Assembly: GCA_963836235.1 (NCBI GenBank)
Contig: CAWIIP010000004.1
Coordinates: 672,001-736,000, forward strand
Reading direction: 5' to 3'
Length of the DNA stretch: 64,000 nt
Origin: an uncultured Pseudomonadota bacterium
GTDB taxonomy: Bacteria > Oederibacteriota > Muellerivitia > Muellerivitales > Muellerivitaceae
A model generated the notes under the pieces. It saw nothing but the letters and a program-made list of their open reading frames with translations. It did not search any database and was not told the DNA's origin. Shown in pieces: positions 20,118-28,397 of the stretch; the first letter of the stretch is position 1, and every line of letters starts with the position of its first letter. The translations under genes and the position numbers were made by a program.

Positions 20118-21527
20118 GTGAAAAATTTCGAATTTAAGAACATGACCTTGAAGCGGAAGATTATCCTCATCGCCCTCGTTTCGACTTCCATCGCCCTTTT
20201 GATGGCAGGTACGGCGCTTTTTTTCAACGAACGCCAAAGCTTTCCCAAGGTCATGGCGCAAAACCTTACCAATCTGGCTCAAATCGTGGGGGACAATTGC
20301 ACCGCCGCACTCAGTTTTAATGACAACAAAACTGCGCAAGAGGTTATCGACACGTTGAAGTCCAATCCGCACATTCTTTCCGCGTATCTTTATGATGGCA
20401 AAGGTCAGGTGGTCGCCCAATATCTTTCGGGAAAGACAGATTCAAAGACGGAGACGCCTTCGGCACCGAGGGAGGGAATCCAGTTTTTGGGCGAGACCGT
20501 AAAACTCTCTCGATATATTCTTTTAGGACGGGAAAGATTAGGGACCCTTTATCTGGAATCGGATATGGCGGAAATGAGATCCCGGCTGACGGGTTACACC
20601 TTGATGATGGGCCTGGTTTGGTTCTTTTCGTTCCTGATTTCATTTGCGGTGGCTTCCAGGCTGCAACAGCAGGTCACAGAACCCTTACGACAGGTGGTAA
20701 ACCGGATGAAAGAAATCGCCCGAGGGGAGGGGGACCTCACCAAACGCCTCCAAGTGTTGGGCAAGGATGAAATTGGAGAAGTCGCCGAAGCTTTCAATAC
20801 CTATGTCGAAAAATTACAATCGGTGGATGAAATGAAATTGAGCCTTATTTCGGTGGTATCGCATCAATTGAAAACTCCCGTCGCCGAAATTAACGGATAC
20901 ATAGAAAACATGATGGAAGGGCTGGCGGGGGAGTTGAATCCTAAACAGAAGCAGTATTTGTCCGATATGAGGGAAATCGGCAGGGAAAACTACCGCTTGA
21001 TCTGCGATCTTCTGAGCGCCTCCAAAATCGAAAGAGGCGTTATTTCGGTGGATTTAAAGCCCGTTTCCATCAAACAGATCGCTGAGCTTTCCGTTCGGGA
21101 TTATGAGGAATCCATAGGCCGGAAGGGGCTGACCTTGATTCGGGAGGGATTTGAGAAGGATTTCAAAATTTTAGCTGACAGGGATAAGACGGTGGAAACC
21201 CTTCGAAATGTCATTAATAATGCCCTGAAGTGTACGGATACCGGGTCAATCACCATTGGGCTGGGCTGCGAAGGGGATAATGGCCTGTTGAAGGTTCGGG
21301 ATACCGGAATCGGTATGTCCGAAGAGTATCTTAGCCGGTTATTCTCCAAAAGCCGGGTGATGGGAAAAGAAGCCTCCAGGGCTGGCGCGGGTTTGGGTCT
21401 TTATATCGCTAAAAATTTCATGAAGCTCCAAGGCGGTGACGTTAGGGTCACTTCCCGATTAGGCGAAGGGAGCTGTTTTACGTTGATTGTTCCAAAGTTC
21501 AAGGACGGGGAAGGAATGAAACCATGA
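20118..21527 (+). CDS. Membrane sensor histidine kinase (YfiN-like periplasmic domain, HAMP, HisKA, HATPase)
   Basis: Two TMs around AALSFNDNKTAQEVIDTL; HAMP GEGDLTKRL...DEIGEVAEAFN; SHQLKTP; NVINNALK; DTGIGM; GAGLGLYI. Confidence 0.9.
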   Translation: MKNFEFKNMTLKRKIILIALVSTSIALLMAGTALFFNERQSFPKVMAQNLTNLAQIVGDNCTAALSFNDNKTAQEVIDTLKSNPHILSAYLYDGKGQVVAQYLSGKTDSKTETPSAPREGIQFLGETVKLSRYILLGRERLGTLYLESDMAEMRSRLTGYTLMMGLVWFFSFLISFAVASRLQQQVTEPLRQVVNRMKEIARGEGDLTKRLQVLGKDEIGEVAEAFNTYVEKLQSVDEMKLSLISVVSHQLKTPVAEINGYIENMMEGLAGELNPKQKQYLSDMREIGRENYRLICDLLSASKIERGVISVDLKPVSIKQIAELSVRDYEESIGRKGLTLIREGFEKDFKILADRDKTVETLRNVINNALKCTDTGSITIGLGCEGDNGLLKVRDTGIGMSEEYLSRLFSKSRVMGKEASRAGAGLGLYIAKNFMKLQGGDVRVTSRLGEGSCFTLIVPKFKDGEGMKP

Positions 21528-22117
21528 CTTCGAAGGGAACTGTTTTGATCGTTGAGGATCAATCGGGATTTCGGCGTATCTATGAGGACGTGCTCATGAG
21601 CGACGGTTATGAGGTTCTCATCGCGGAGGATGGCGAAAAGGGTTGGCGGCTTTCCAAAGAGAAAAAGCCCGACTTGGTTTTGCTGGATTTGGGACTGCCC
21701 AAGATGGATGGTTTTGAAGTGCTTGAACGGATGCGGGCCGATCCTGACACCAAATTCATACCGGTCATTATTTTTTCAGTGATGGGAGAGCACAAGGACA
21801 TTCAAAAGGCGCTTGAAATGGGCGCCAACGATTACACGGTGAAGGGTTTTTACACTCCTCGGCAAATCTTGAGCAAGATTAAAGATTTGATGTCCCATGT
21901 CAGGGTTCCGGAAACCCATATTGGTTTCAAAGTGGGATTTGATTCGAAGTTGTGGGATTACGGTAAACTGCAACGAGAATTCGGGTTGCCGGAAAGTAAT
22001 AAATGCCCCCATTGCGCGAGCGAGATTGTCATTGAGGTTTTACCCGATTTTGTCAGGGAGGAGGCACATTGGTTTTCCAGCCGGTGGGTCTGTTCTAAAT
22101 GTGGAAAGGCTTTTTAA
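21524..22117 (+). CDS. Response regulator with C-terminal CxxC...CxxC zinc-ribbon-like output
   Basis: REC LIVEDQ...VLLDLGLPKMDG...YTVKG; tail CPHC-x25-CSKC; 4-nt ATGA overlap with the kinase. Confidence 0.85.
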   Translation: MTSKGTVLIVEDQSGFRRIYEDVLMSDGYEVLIAEDGEKGWRLSKEKKPDLVLLDLGLPKMDGFEVLERMRADPDTKFIPVIIFSVMGEHKDIQKALEMGANDYTVKGFYTPRQILSKIKDLMSHVRVPETHIGFKVGFDSKLWDYGKLQREFGLPESNKCPHCASEIVIEVLPDFVREEAHWFSSRWVCSKCGKAF

Positions 22118-22150
22118 CTTCTTGAGGTTCGGCGCTCTGGATTTTTTTTA

Positions 22151-22468
22151 TTACTTGCGGCGATCTCCGTTCGCTGGGTGCTGAGATTGCCCCTTGCGCC
22201 GGTCCTTGGAATAAAGAACAAAATTATTTCCGATTTTCCGGTAAACATCCTTGCTTTCGGCGTCCCAATAAAGGCCGTGCATAATGGGTTTTAGATGGAT
22301 GGGCATAGCCTCGAATTTGGCGCGCCGGTCTTTGGCCACGGGCTGATTCCCCCGGCGGCGATCATGAAGGACAAATGAGAACTGACCGCCCTGTTTTTTA
22401 AGAATGTGTTTTTTCACGGGATCGAAATAAAAGCTGCCGGTCAACTTGATATAGTTCGCTTCAGGCAT
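22151..22468 (-). CDS. Small hypothetical protein made of two internal repeats with DRR motifs
   Basis: GGAGG RBS; halves YFDPVKKHILKKQGGQFSFVLHDRRRG...KDRR and YWDAESKDVYRKIGNNFVLYSKDRRKG...GDRR. Confidence 0.75.
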   Translation of the reverse strand: MPEANYIKLTGSFYFDPVKKHILKKQGGQFSFVLHDRRRGNQPVAKDRRAKFEAMPIHLKPIMHGLYWDAESKDVYRKIGNNFVLYSKDRRKGQSQHPANGDRRK

Positions 22469-22712
22469 GGTTTCCTCCAGAATTTCCTGCTATTGAAAAA
22501 CATCTGGACGCGTTCGTCAAGCTTTGGGTAAAAGCGAAGATTTTCACGACCCTTTAAGCCGTTTTAACCGACAAAGGCCTCACCGCATGTTGAATAGGTG
22601 CTCCTTATCGTGATTGGAAAAAAGGAAGCCGTGCTTGAGACATAAGGTTTAAAGATTTTGAATGAATTTTGAAAAACGAGGAAAAAAGATTGAGCCTGTT
22701 TTTTGGAAAAAG

Positions 22713-23105
22713 TCAGCTTGCTTCGTTCGGCGAACCCGCTTGTTCTAGCCGTGTTTGCCAATAGACAACCTCCTGCCTTTTAAAGTCGATCAACCGATTG
22801 GCATATTGAATATCGGAAGGGGAATGCTGGGCACCTTCCAAAGACGACAGGGCGATCTCGGCTTGGTGAACTTGGGAGGACAGAAAGGCTATTTTTTGCC
22901 GATAACCAGCTAACTTTTCCTCGTCTATTTTTGATTTTTCAATCGCGGCTTGGACGTTGGCTTTGGCTGCGTTGTTTTCCGCGGTCACGATCTGATCGAT
23001 GGCCTGCTCAAAGGGGGCCAAATCACCGTCGGCGGGCGGAGTGCTTTTGGAAGGGGACGTTTGGAGGTCGGATAATAAGTTTAAAATTTCAGTTATTGCA
23101 TTCAT
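22713..23105 (-). CDS. Hypothetical coiled-coil protein, probably sigma28-expressed
   Basis: 130-aa ORF with helical heptad character and an upstream sigma28-type promoter. Confidence 0.65.
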   Translation of the reverse strand: MNAITEILNLLSDLQTSPSKSTPPADGDLAPFEQAIDQIVTAENNAAKANVQAAIEKSKIDEEKLAGYRQKIAFLSSQVHQAEIALSSLEGAQHSPSDIQYANRLIDFKRQEVVYWQTRLEQAGSPNEAS

Positions 23106-23127
23106 GGCTTCTTCTCACTTGTGAAAC

Positions 23128-23154
23128 CTAACGGCAGAACCTTTCGATACTTTA
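23128..23154 (-). promoter_or_regulatory. sigma28 (FliA/SigD)-type promoter
   Basis: Minus strand TAAA-GTATCGAAAGGTTCT(15)-GCCGTTAG, 22 nt before ATG 23105. Confidence 0.65.
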
Positions 23155-23205
23155 GGCTCCGGTTTTTGGCTTAATTTTAGGGAGAAATGCTGGAGCTTCC
23201 CGGGG

Positions 23206-26046
23206 TTAAGGTTGGTTGTCTAGGGTTAAAAGCGCCGTATTGCCGTCATAATTTAAGAATCGGATTTTTGAGGGTTCAAACGAAAAACCGATTGGATGCT
23301 TCTTAGAAACCAAAAGCACCTGAAAAGTCCTTTTCTCCAGCATCCCTTTAAAAACGCCCTTTCGTTCACCGACCGTCAAGGTTTTGGTGGCATCATCCCA
23401 ATGAATCGGAATTTCCGAAAAGGCGCCCTTTTCATAATCGTAGGTAAGCCCGTCATCCTCGTACAAGATAAAGGCGCCGCTGGCTCCCTCGTAAACATAA
23501 AGGGTGATGGGGTCCTGGGGTTTTTCGGCGATGTATTGGAGATCGGGACCAAAGGGAAGGATGGACCCCGCCCGGACAAAGAGAGGAATGGAGTCGTAGG
23601 GAGCGGCGACTTTTAAGTCCCCGCAAGCCATGGCCTTTCCGGTCCAGAAATCGTACCAAAGGGTTTTCTCAGGAAGATAAACTCGGCGGGTTCTCGCTTT
23701 GTAGTGGGTAATGGGGGCGACTAAAAAGGCTGGTCCGAACATGTATTCGTCCGTTAATTCCCGGGCGGTTCCATCTTGGGCAAAATCCATGACCAAAGGC
23801 CGCATGAAAGTCCCGCCTTGCTTTGTGACGTTTGCGGCCACGGAATAAAGATAGGGAAACATCCGGTAGCGCAGACGGTCGAACTTGAGTTCGGCCATGT
23901 AGGTGGGGGATGACTCGCCACTCAGCTCCCACATTTCCCGGGGGCGAAGCTCCCCATGGACTCGCAGGAGCGGGCAGAAGGTGGAAAACTCGAACCAGCG
24001 GGCGTTGAGTTCCCGCCATTCCTCTTCGTCCTCCGGTTTGGGATTTTTGCGGGCGTATTTCCATTGCATGGTGTAGCCGCCAGTGTCGGTGGTCCAATAG
24101 GGGATGCCAGAGAGGCTTAAGTTAAGTCCCGCTGGGATCTGCTTGGCCAGGGAGGTCCAGGTGGAGGTGATGTCCCCGGACCAGATGGCTGAGGCGGTGC
24201 GCTGAGAGCCAGCGAAGCCGGAACGAGTGAGAATGAAAACCCGTTGATCAGGAGCAGTGGCCCTCTGCCCCGCGTAGATGCCCGTGCTGTTTTCCAACGG
24301 ATAGGCGTTTAAAACCTTGGCGCCCGGTCCCAGAGCCGTGGGGTTCAGGTGGGCCTCCTGGCCTTCCAGGGTAGGCGGGGAGGGCATCAAGTCTGGTTCG
24401 GTGGCGTCCATCCACCAGGCGTCGACGCCCTTTTGGAAGAGGGCCGAGTTGATCTGGCCCCAGAAAGCCTTGCGGGCCTTGGGATTGAAGGCATCGTAAA
24501 AGGTATAGGAGAACCCCAACCAATCCTTGATGCCTTCCTTTAGATCGGGCTGGTAGAGGAAGCCGTGGTTCTGCATGGCCCTGAAGTTGTCTGTGCCCGG
24601 GTAATATTTGCCCCAAACCGAGATCATGACGTGGGCATGTTTTTCATGGAGGGACTTCAGCCAGCCTTCGGGGTCGGGGAAGCGGTCCCGGTCGAACCGG
24701 TGGGAGCCCCAGGAGTCCTTCCGCCAGTACATCCAGTCCTGCACGATATTGTCGAAGGGGATATGGCGTTCCCGAAAACCATCCACCACGTCCAGGCTTT
24801 GTTGGGCCGTCTCGTAGCGCTGGCGCGATTGCCAAAGGCCGAAGGCCCAAGAAGGCATCAAGGGGGCTTGGCCGGTCAAGGACCGATATCCGGCTACCAC
24901 CTTGTCCAGTTCGGGCCCATAAACGAAGTAATAGTCGATTCCGTCGCCCACTTCCGACCACAGAGAAGTTTGTTGTGGTAACTCGTGTTTGTCAGTCGAT
25001 CCAAAAAAAATGGGAGGGACAAGCGGCAATTTCCAAGAAAACTTCAAAATTGTTCCTTGCTCCGTCGACCATTCGATCTTGATTGGGCGAAGTTTACCGG
25101 TTTTCATGTGAATCTTCACTTCGTCGTCTGCGGCCAGCCATTTTTGCCGCCAGTGGTCCATCACCAGATTCCCGTCGATCCAAACCTTGATGCCGCCGTT
25201 GGAGGTGCAACGGAATTGATAATCGCCGCTGGCGGGGACTTTCAGGAAGCCCTCCCATCGGGTGGGTGAGGCATGGTCGCCCCAATTCTTTCCGATGAAG
25301 GTCACACTAATATCGGCGGTAGTGGAAACGGAGGAAGAACCATCCATTGAGCTGACCGACAAGCCACCCGGATGGCCGTTTTTATCGATTAAGTATTCCG
25401 CTGGAATGGGAGCGAAGGGTCTTAAGTCCCCGAAATGGGTATAGGAAGGGTTGTCCCAGAAGATGCCGTAGCCCAGGCTCGAAACGAGGAAAGGGACGGC
25501 CACATTGGTGTTGTGCTGCCAAAGGTCCAGGTCGTAACCCTTCAAATCTAGGGTGCCGATCTGTTCCTGGCCGAGCCCGTAAAGGGATTCATTCTTGTGC
25601 GATTCCCATTGCTGGTGTGGATGGAAAGTTTTTATTCCCTGAACGGTGCCAGGCTCCAAACTACCGCCGCTTTCCGTCAGGATGGGGTTTCCGGCGGGGT
25701 CCAAGAAGCGGACTTTCCCATTGGAACGGTCGATCGAAACGGTCAGTTGGTCCCCCTGGAGATTCCAAAAGCCGGGGATGGTCTTTAGAGCCCAGTGGAC
25801 CTTGGATTGGGGACGGCCCACCACATCCAGGGTTTTACAGTTGAAGAACCGGCGGTCCTCGGCGAATTGGACGTGAACAATGGAATCGGAGAAAAACCGA
25901 ACATTTTGAAATCCACCTGGCCATTGGATAATGATGCCCTCTTCCTGTTTTTGAAGAGTGGCGGTGGTCTTGGCGGGAGATGGCCTGACAGCGGTTATCA
26001 ACAGCCATAGAGTCAGAAGCAGAAGCCGGAAAGGATGATGACGCAT
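23206..26046 (-). CDS. Secreted GH31 alpha-xylosidase with PA14 insertion
   Basis: Signal peptide; PA14-like segment RWEGFLKVPASGDYQF...SNGGIKVWIDG; nucleophile WWMDATEPD; WSGDI; FCPLLRVHG; YEDDGLTYDYEKG C-terminal domain. Confidence 0.9.
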   Translation of the reverse strand: MRHHPFRLLLLTLWLLITAVRPSPAKTTATLQKQEEGIIIQWPGGFQNVRFFSDSIVHVQFAEDRRFFNCKTLDVVGRPQSKVHWALKTIPGFWNLQGDQLTVSIDRSNGKVRFLDPAGNPILTESGGSLEPGTVQGIKTFHPHQQWESHKNESLYGLGQEQIGTLDLKGYDLDLWQHNTNVAVPFLVSSLGYGIFWDNPSYTHFGDLRPFAPIPAEYLIDKNGHPGGLSVSSMDGSSSVSTTADISVTFIGKNWGDHASPTRWEGFLKVPASGDYQFRCTSNGGIKVWIDGNLVMDHWRQKWLAADDEVKIHMKTGKLRPIKIEWSTEQGTILKFSWKLPLVPPIFFGSTDKHELPQQTSLWSEVGDGIDYYFVYGPELDKVVAGYRSLTGQAPLMPSWAFGLWQSRQRYETAQQSLDVVDGFRERHIPFDNIVQDWMYWRKDSWGSHRFDRDRFPDPEGWLKSLHEKHAHVMISVWGKYYPGTDNFRAMQNHGFLYQPDLKEGIKDWLGFSYTFYDAFNPKARKAFWGQINSALFQKGVDAWWMDATEPDLMPSPPTLEGQEAHLNPTALGPGAKVLNAYPLENSTGIYAGQRATAPDQRVFILTRSGFAGSQRTASAIWSGDITSTWTSLAKQIPAGLNLSLSGIPYWTTDTGGYTMQWKYARKNPKPEDEEEWRELNARWFEFSTFCPLLRVHGELRPREMWELSGESSPTYMAELKFDRLRYRMFPYLYSVAANVTKQGGTFMRPLVMDFAQDGTARELTDEYMFGPAFLVAPITHYKARTRRVYLPEKTLWYDFWTGKAMACGDLKVAAPYDSIPLFVRAGSILPFGPDLQYIAEKPQDPITLYVYEGASGAFILYEDDGLTYDYEKGAFSEIPIHWDDATKTLTVGERKGVFKGMLEKRTFQVLLVSKKHPIGFSFEPSKIRFLNYDGNTALLTLDNQP

Positions 26047-26252
26047 TGGATAACCTTTGGTGGAGGAATAACCGCTATCTTAATCCTTTCCTTCACTCGG
26101 CCCGTTCTTAAATTTCACGGGATGAAACAGGTTTAAACTGAAATCAAAATGTTTTGGACTGGAAGCGGACGACGTCAATTCCGCAGTGACCTTTGAGCCT
26201 TCCGGGACGATAATGTCCTCCTTCTTGGCGGCCTAATTCACGGGAGGCTTTC

Positions 26253-28367
26253 ATGCGTCTGGTGAAAACGCTTTTTGCGGCGGTCTTTCTTTTCTTGTCC
26301 TACAATTTCACGGTGCCAAATCAAAGCTTTGGGGAGGCGGCCTTGAAAACATTTCAAAACCCCATCTTGTCCGGATTCCATCCCGATCCGAGCATCTGCC
26401 GCAAAGGCGATGACTTTTATATCGTCAACTCCACCTTTGAGTTTTTCCCCGGGCTTCCCATATTCCATAGCCAGGACCTGGTTCATTGGACCCAAATCGG
26501 CAACGCCCTGGACCGCCCAAGCCAATTGCCCCTGAAAGGGGCCACTGATTTCGGCGGGCTTTACGCACCGACCATTCGCTGCTGGAATGGGCTCTTCTAC
26601 CTGACTTGCACCAACGTGAGCGGTGGGGGCAACTTCATCGTGACCGCCAAGGACCCGAAGGGTCCTTGGTCCGAACCGGTCTGGATGAACATCCCGGACA
26701 TCGACGGGTCCATGTTTTTCGATGACGACGGCAAGGCCTACTACACCGGCCAGGGAGGGGGCGAAAAAGCGGGGATCAAGCAATGTGAATTCGACCCGAA
26801 GACTGGGCAGTCCATCGACTCCTCTAAAGTGATCTTCAACGACCTCAATGAGTCCTGGAACGAAGGACCCCATCTTTACAAGATCAAGGGCAAGTATTTC
26901 CTGATGCTGGCCGAGGGCGGCACGGGCGACCGCCACATGGAAACCATCCACCGTTCCGATTCCCCTTGGGGGCCCTGGGAAGATTGCCCCTATAATCCCA
27001 TCCTGACCGAAAGGGACGACCCCGCGAGCCCCATCCAATGCACGGGCCATGCTGATCTGATCGAAGCCCCCGATAGAACCTGGTGGATCGTCTTTTTGGG
27101 TGTCCGGCCCCATCAAGGGAAGTCCGTTCTCGGTCGGGAAAGCTACTTGGCTCCCGTGGTCTGGACCCAGGACGGCTGGCCGGTGGTGAACGGCGACCAT
27201 CATGTCGCGTTGGAAATGGGGGCGCCCGCCCTGCCGGCCCAAAAGCCGGTGGAACCGACGACTCGTTGGGATTTCGGAAAGACCGAAAAACTGGGCCCGG
27301 AATGGCTTCGGATCCGCAACGGCGACCCCGCGGACCTGTCACTGACCGCCCGCCCCGGTTTTTTGAGGATCCTTTGCAACCCGGCCTCCTTGAGCAAAAA
27401 AATGATGGAACCGGCCTTCGTGGGCATGCGCCAACGGGATTTCCGTTTCGTGGCGACTACCTCGTTAGAGTTCCAACCTTCCCAGGATGGGGAAGAGGCG
27501 GGGCTTTGCGTCAGGTCCAATGACGATAACCATTACGAGGTCGGAGTTGAACGATCCGAGGGGAAGACCCAGGTTTTCCTTCGAAATACTCTCAAAGGAA
27601 GGTCCTATACCCTGGTCAAGAGCCCTCTTGAAAAGGGGTCCGCCTATTTACGGCTCGCGGGAGATGAGGACCAATACCAATTCGCCTGGTCAAAGGATGG
27701 GAAGACCTGGGAGTCCTTTGGGGCCTGTCCCTCCGGGGATCTGTCCAAGGAGGAAGCGGGCGGATTCACCGGAACAGTCATTGGGCTCTATGCTTCCGCC
27801 AACGGGAACCCTTCCCAGTCTTACGCGGATTTCCATTGGTTCGAGATGAAGGATGGGAAAGCCCTTGAACCGGCGGTTCTATTACCCCGTCCTACTCCGC
27901 CCCCTTTGACGCCCTCGGATACTTGGCGGATCCGGTGCGGCGGCCCCACCTGGACCGATCATGAGGGAAATAAGTGGAGTGAGGATATGGGCTTTACGAC
28001 CGGTGATACCGTCGTGGTGGGTCACCCCATTGCCACCGCGCAAGACCCCGAGCTTTACGCCACCGAGAGATGGGCTCCTGAGTTCAGCTATCGCCTCCCG
28101 GTTCCCGCGGGCAAGTACAAGGTCACCCTGAAATTCGCTGAATCCTACGTAAAAAATCCGGGGGAACGGGTCTTTGATGTCCTTTTAAATGGCAACCGAG
28201 TCCTCGACCATTTCGATATCCTTAAAGAGGCCGGAGGAATGGACAAGGGCATCGAACGGAGCTTCTCCGGCATCCAAATGGACTTGCCGGGCATCCTCGA
28301 GGTGCGGTTCAAGGCCCGGGTCCAGAATGCCAAGGTCTGCGCCATTGAAGTTGTCCGGCAGAAGTGA
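26253..28367 (+). CDS. GH43 beta-xylosidase/alpha-L-arabinofuranosidase + beta-sandwich + malectin domain (copy 1)
   Basis: NPILSGFHPDPSICR, LYAPTIR, IDGSMF, NEGPHLYK, TGHADL, GGFTG; malectin-like RIRCGG...LYATER...LKFAE...RVFDV...AIEV. Confidence 0.9.
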   Translation: MRLVKTLFAAVFLFLSYNFTVPNQSFGEAALKTFQNPILSGFHPDPSICRKGDDFYIVNSTFEFFPGLPIFHSQDLVHWTQIGNALDRPSQLPLKGATDFGGLYAPTIRCWNGLFYLTCTNVSGGGNFIVTAKDPKGPWSEPVWMNIPDIDGSMFFDDDGKAYYTGQGGGEKAGIKQCEFDPKTGQSIDSSKVIFNDLNESWNEGPHLYKIKGKYFLMLAEGGTGDRHMETIHRSDSPWGPWEDCPYNPILTERDDPASPIQCTGHADLIEAPDRTWWIVFLGVRPHQGKSVLGRESYLAPVVWTQDGWPVVNGDHHVALEMGAPALPAQKPVEPTTRWDFGKTEKLGPEWLRIRNGDPADLSLTARPGFLRILCNPASLSKKMMEPAFVGMRQRDFRFVATTSLEFQPSQDGEEAGLCVRSNDDNHYEVGVERSEGKTQVFLRNTLKGRSYTLVKSPLEKGSAYLRLAGDEDQYQFAWSKDGKTWESFGACPSGDLSKEEAGGFTGTVIGLYASANGNPSQSYADFHWFEMKDGKALEPAVLLPRPTPPPLTPSDTWRIRCGGPTWTDHEGNKWSEDMGFTTGDTVVVGHPIATAQDPELYATERWAPEFSYRLPVPAGKYKVTLKFAESYVKNPGERVFDVLLNGNRVLDHFDILKEAGGMDKGIERSFSGIQMDLPGILEVRFKARVQNAKVCAIEVVRQK

Positions 28368-28397
28368 GCAAAACCCAATGGTCCTGAAGGTTCACGT

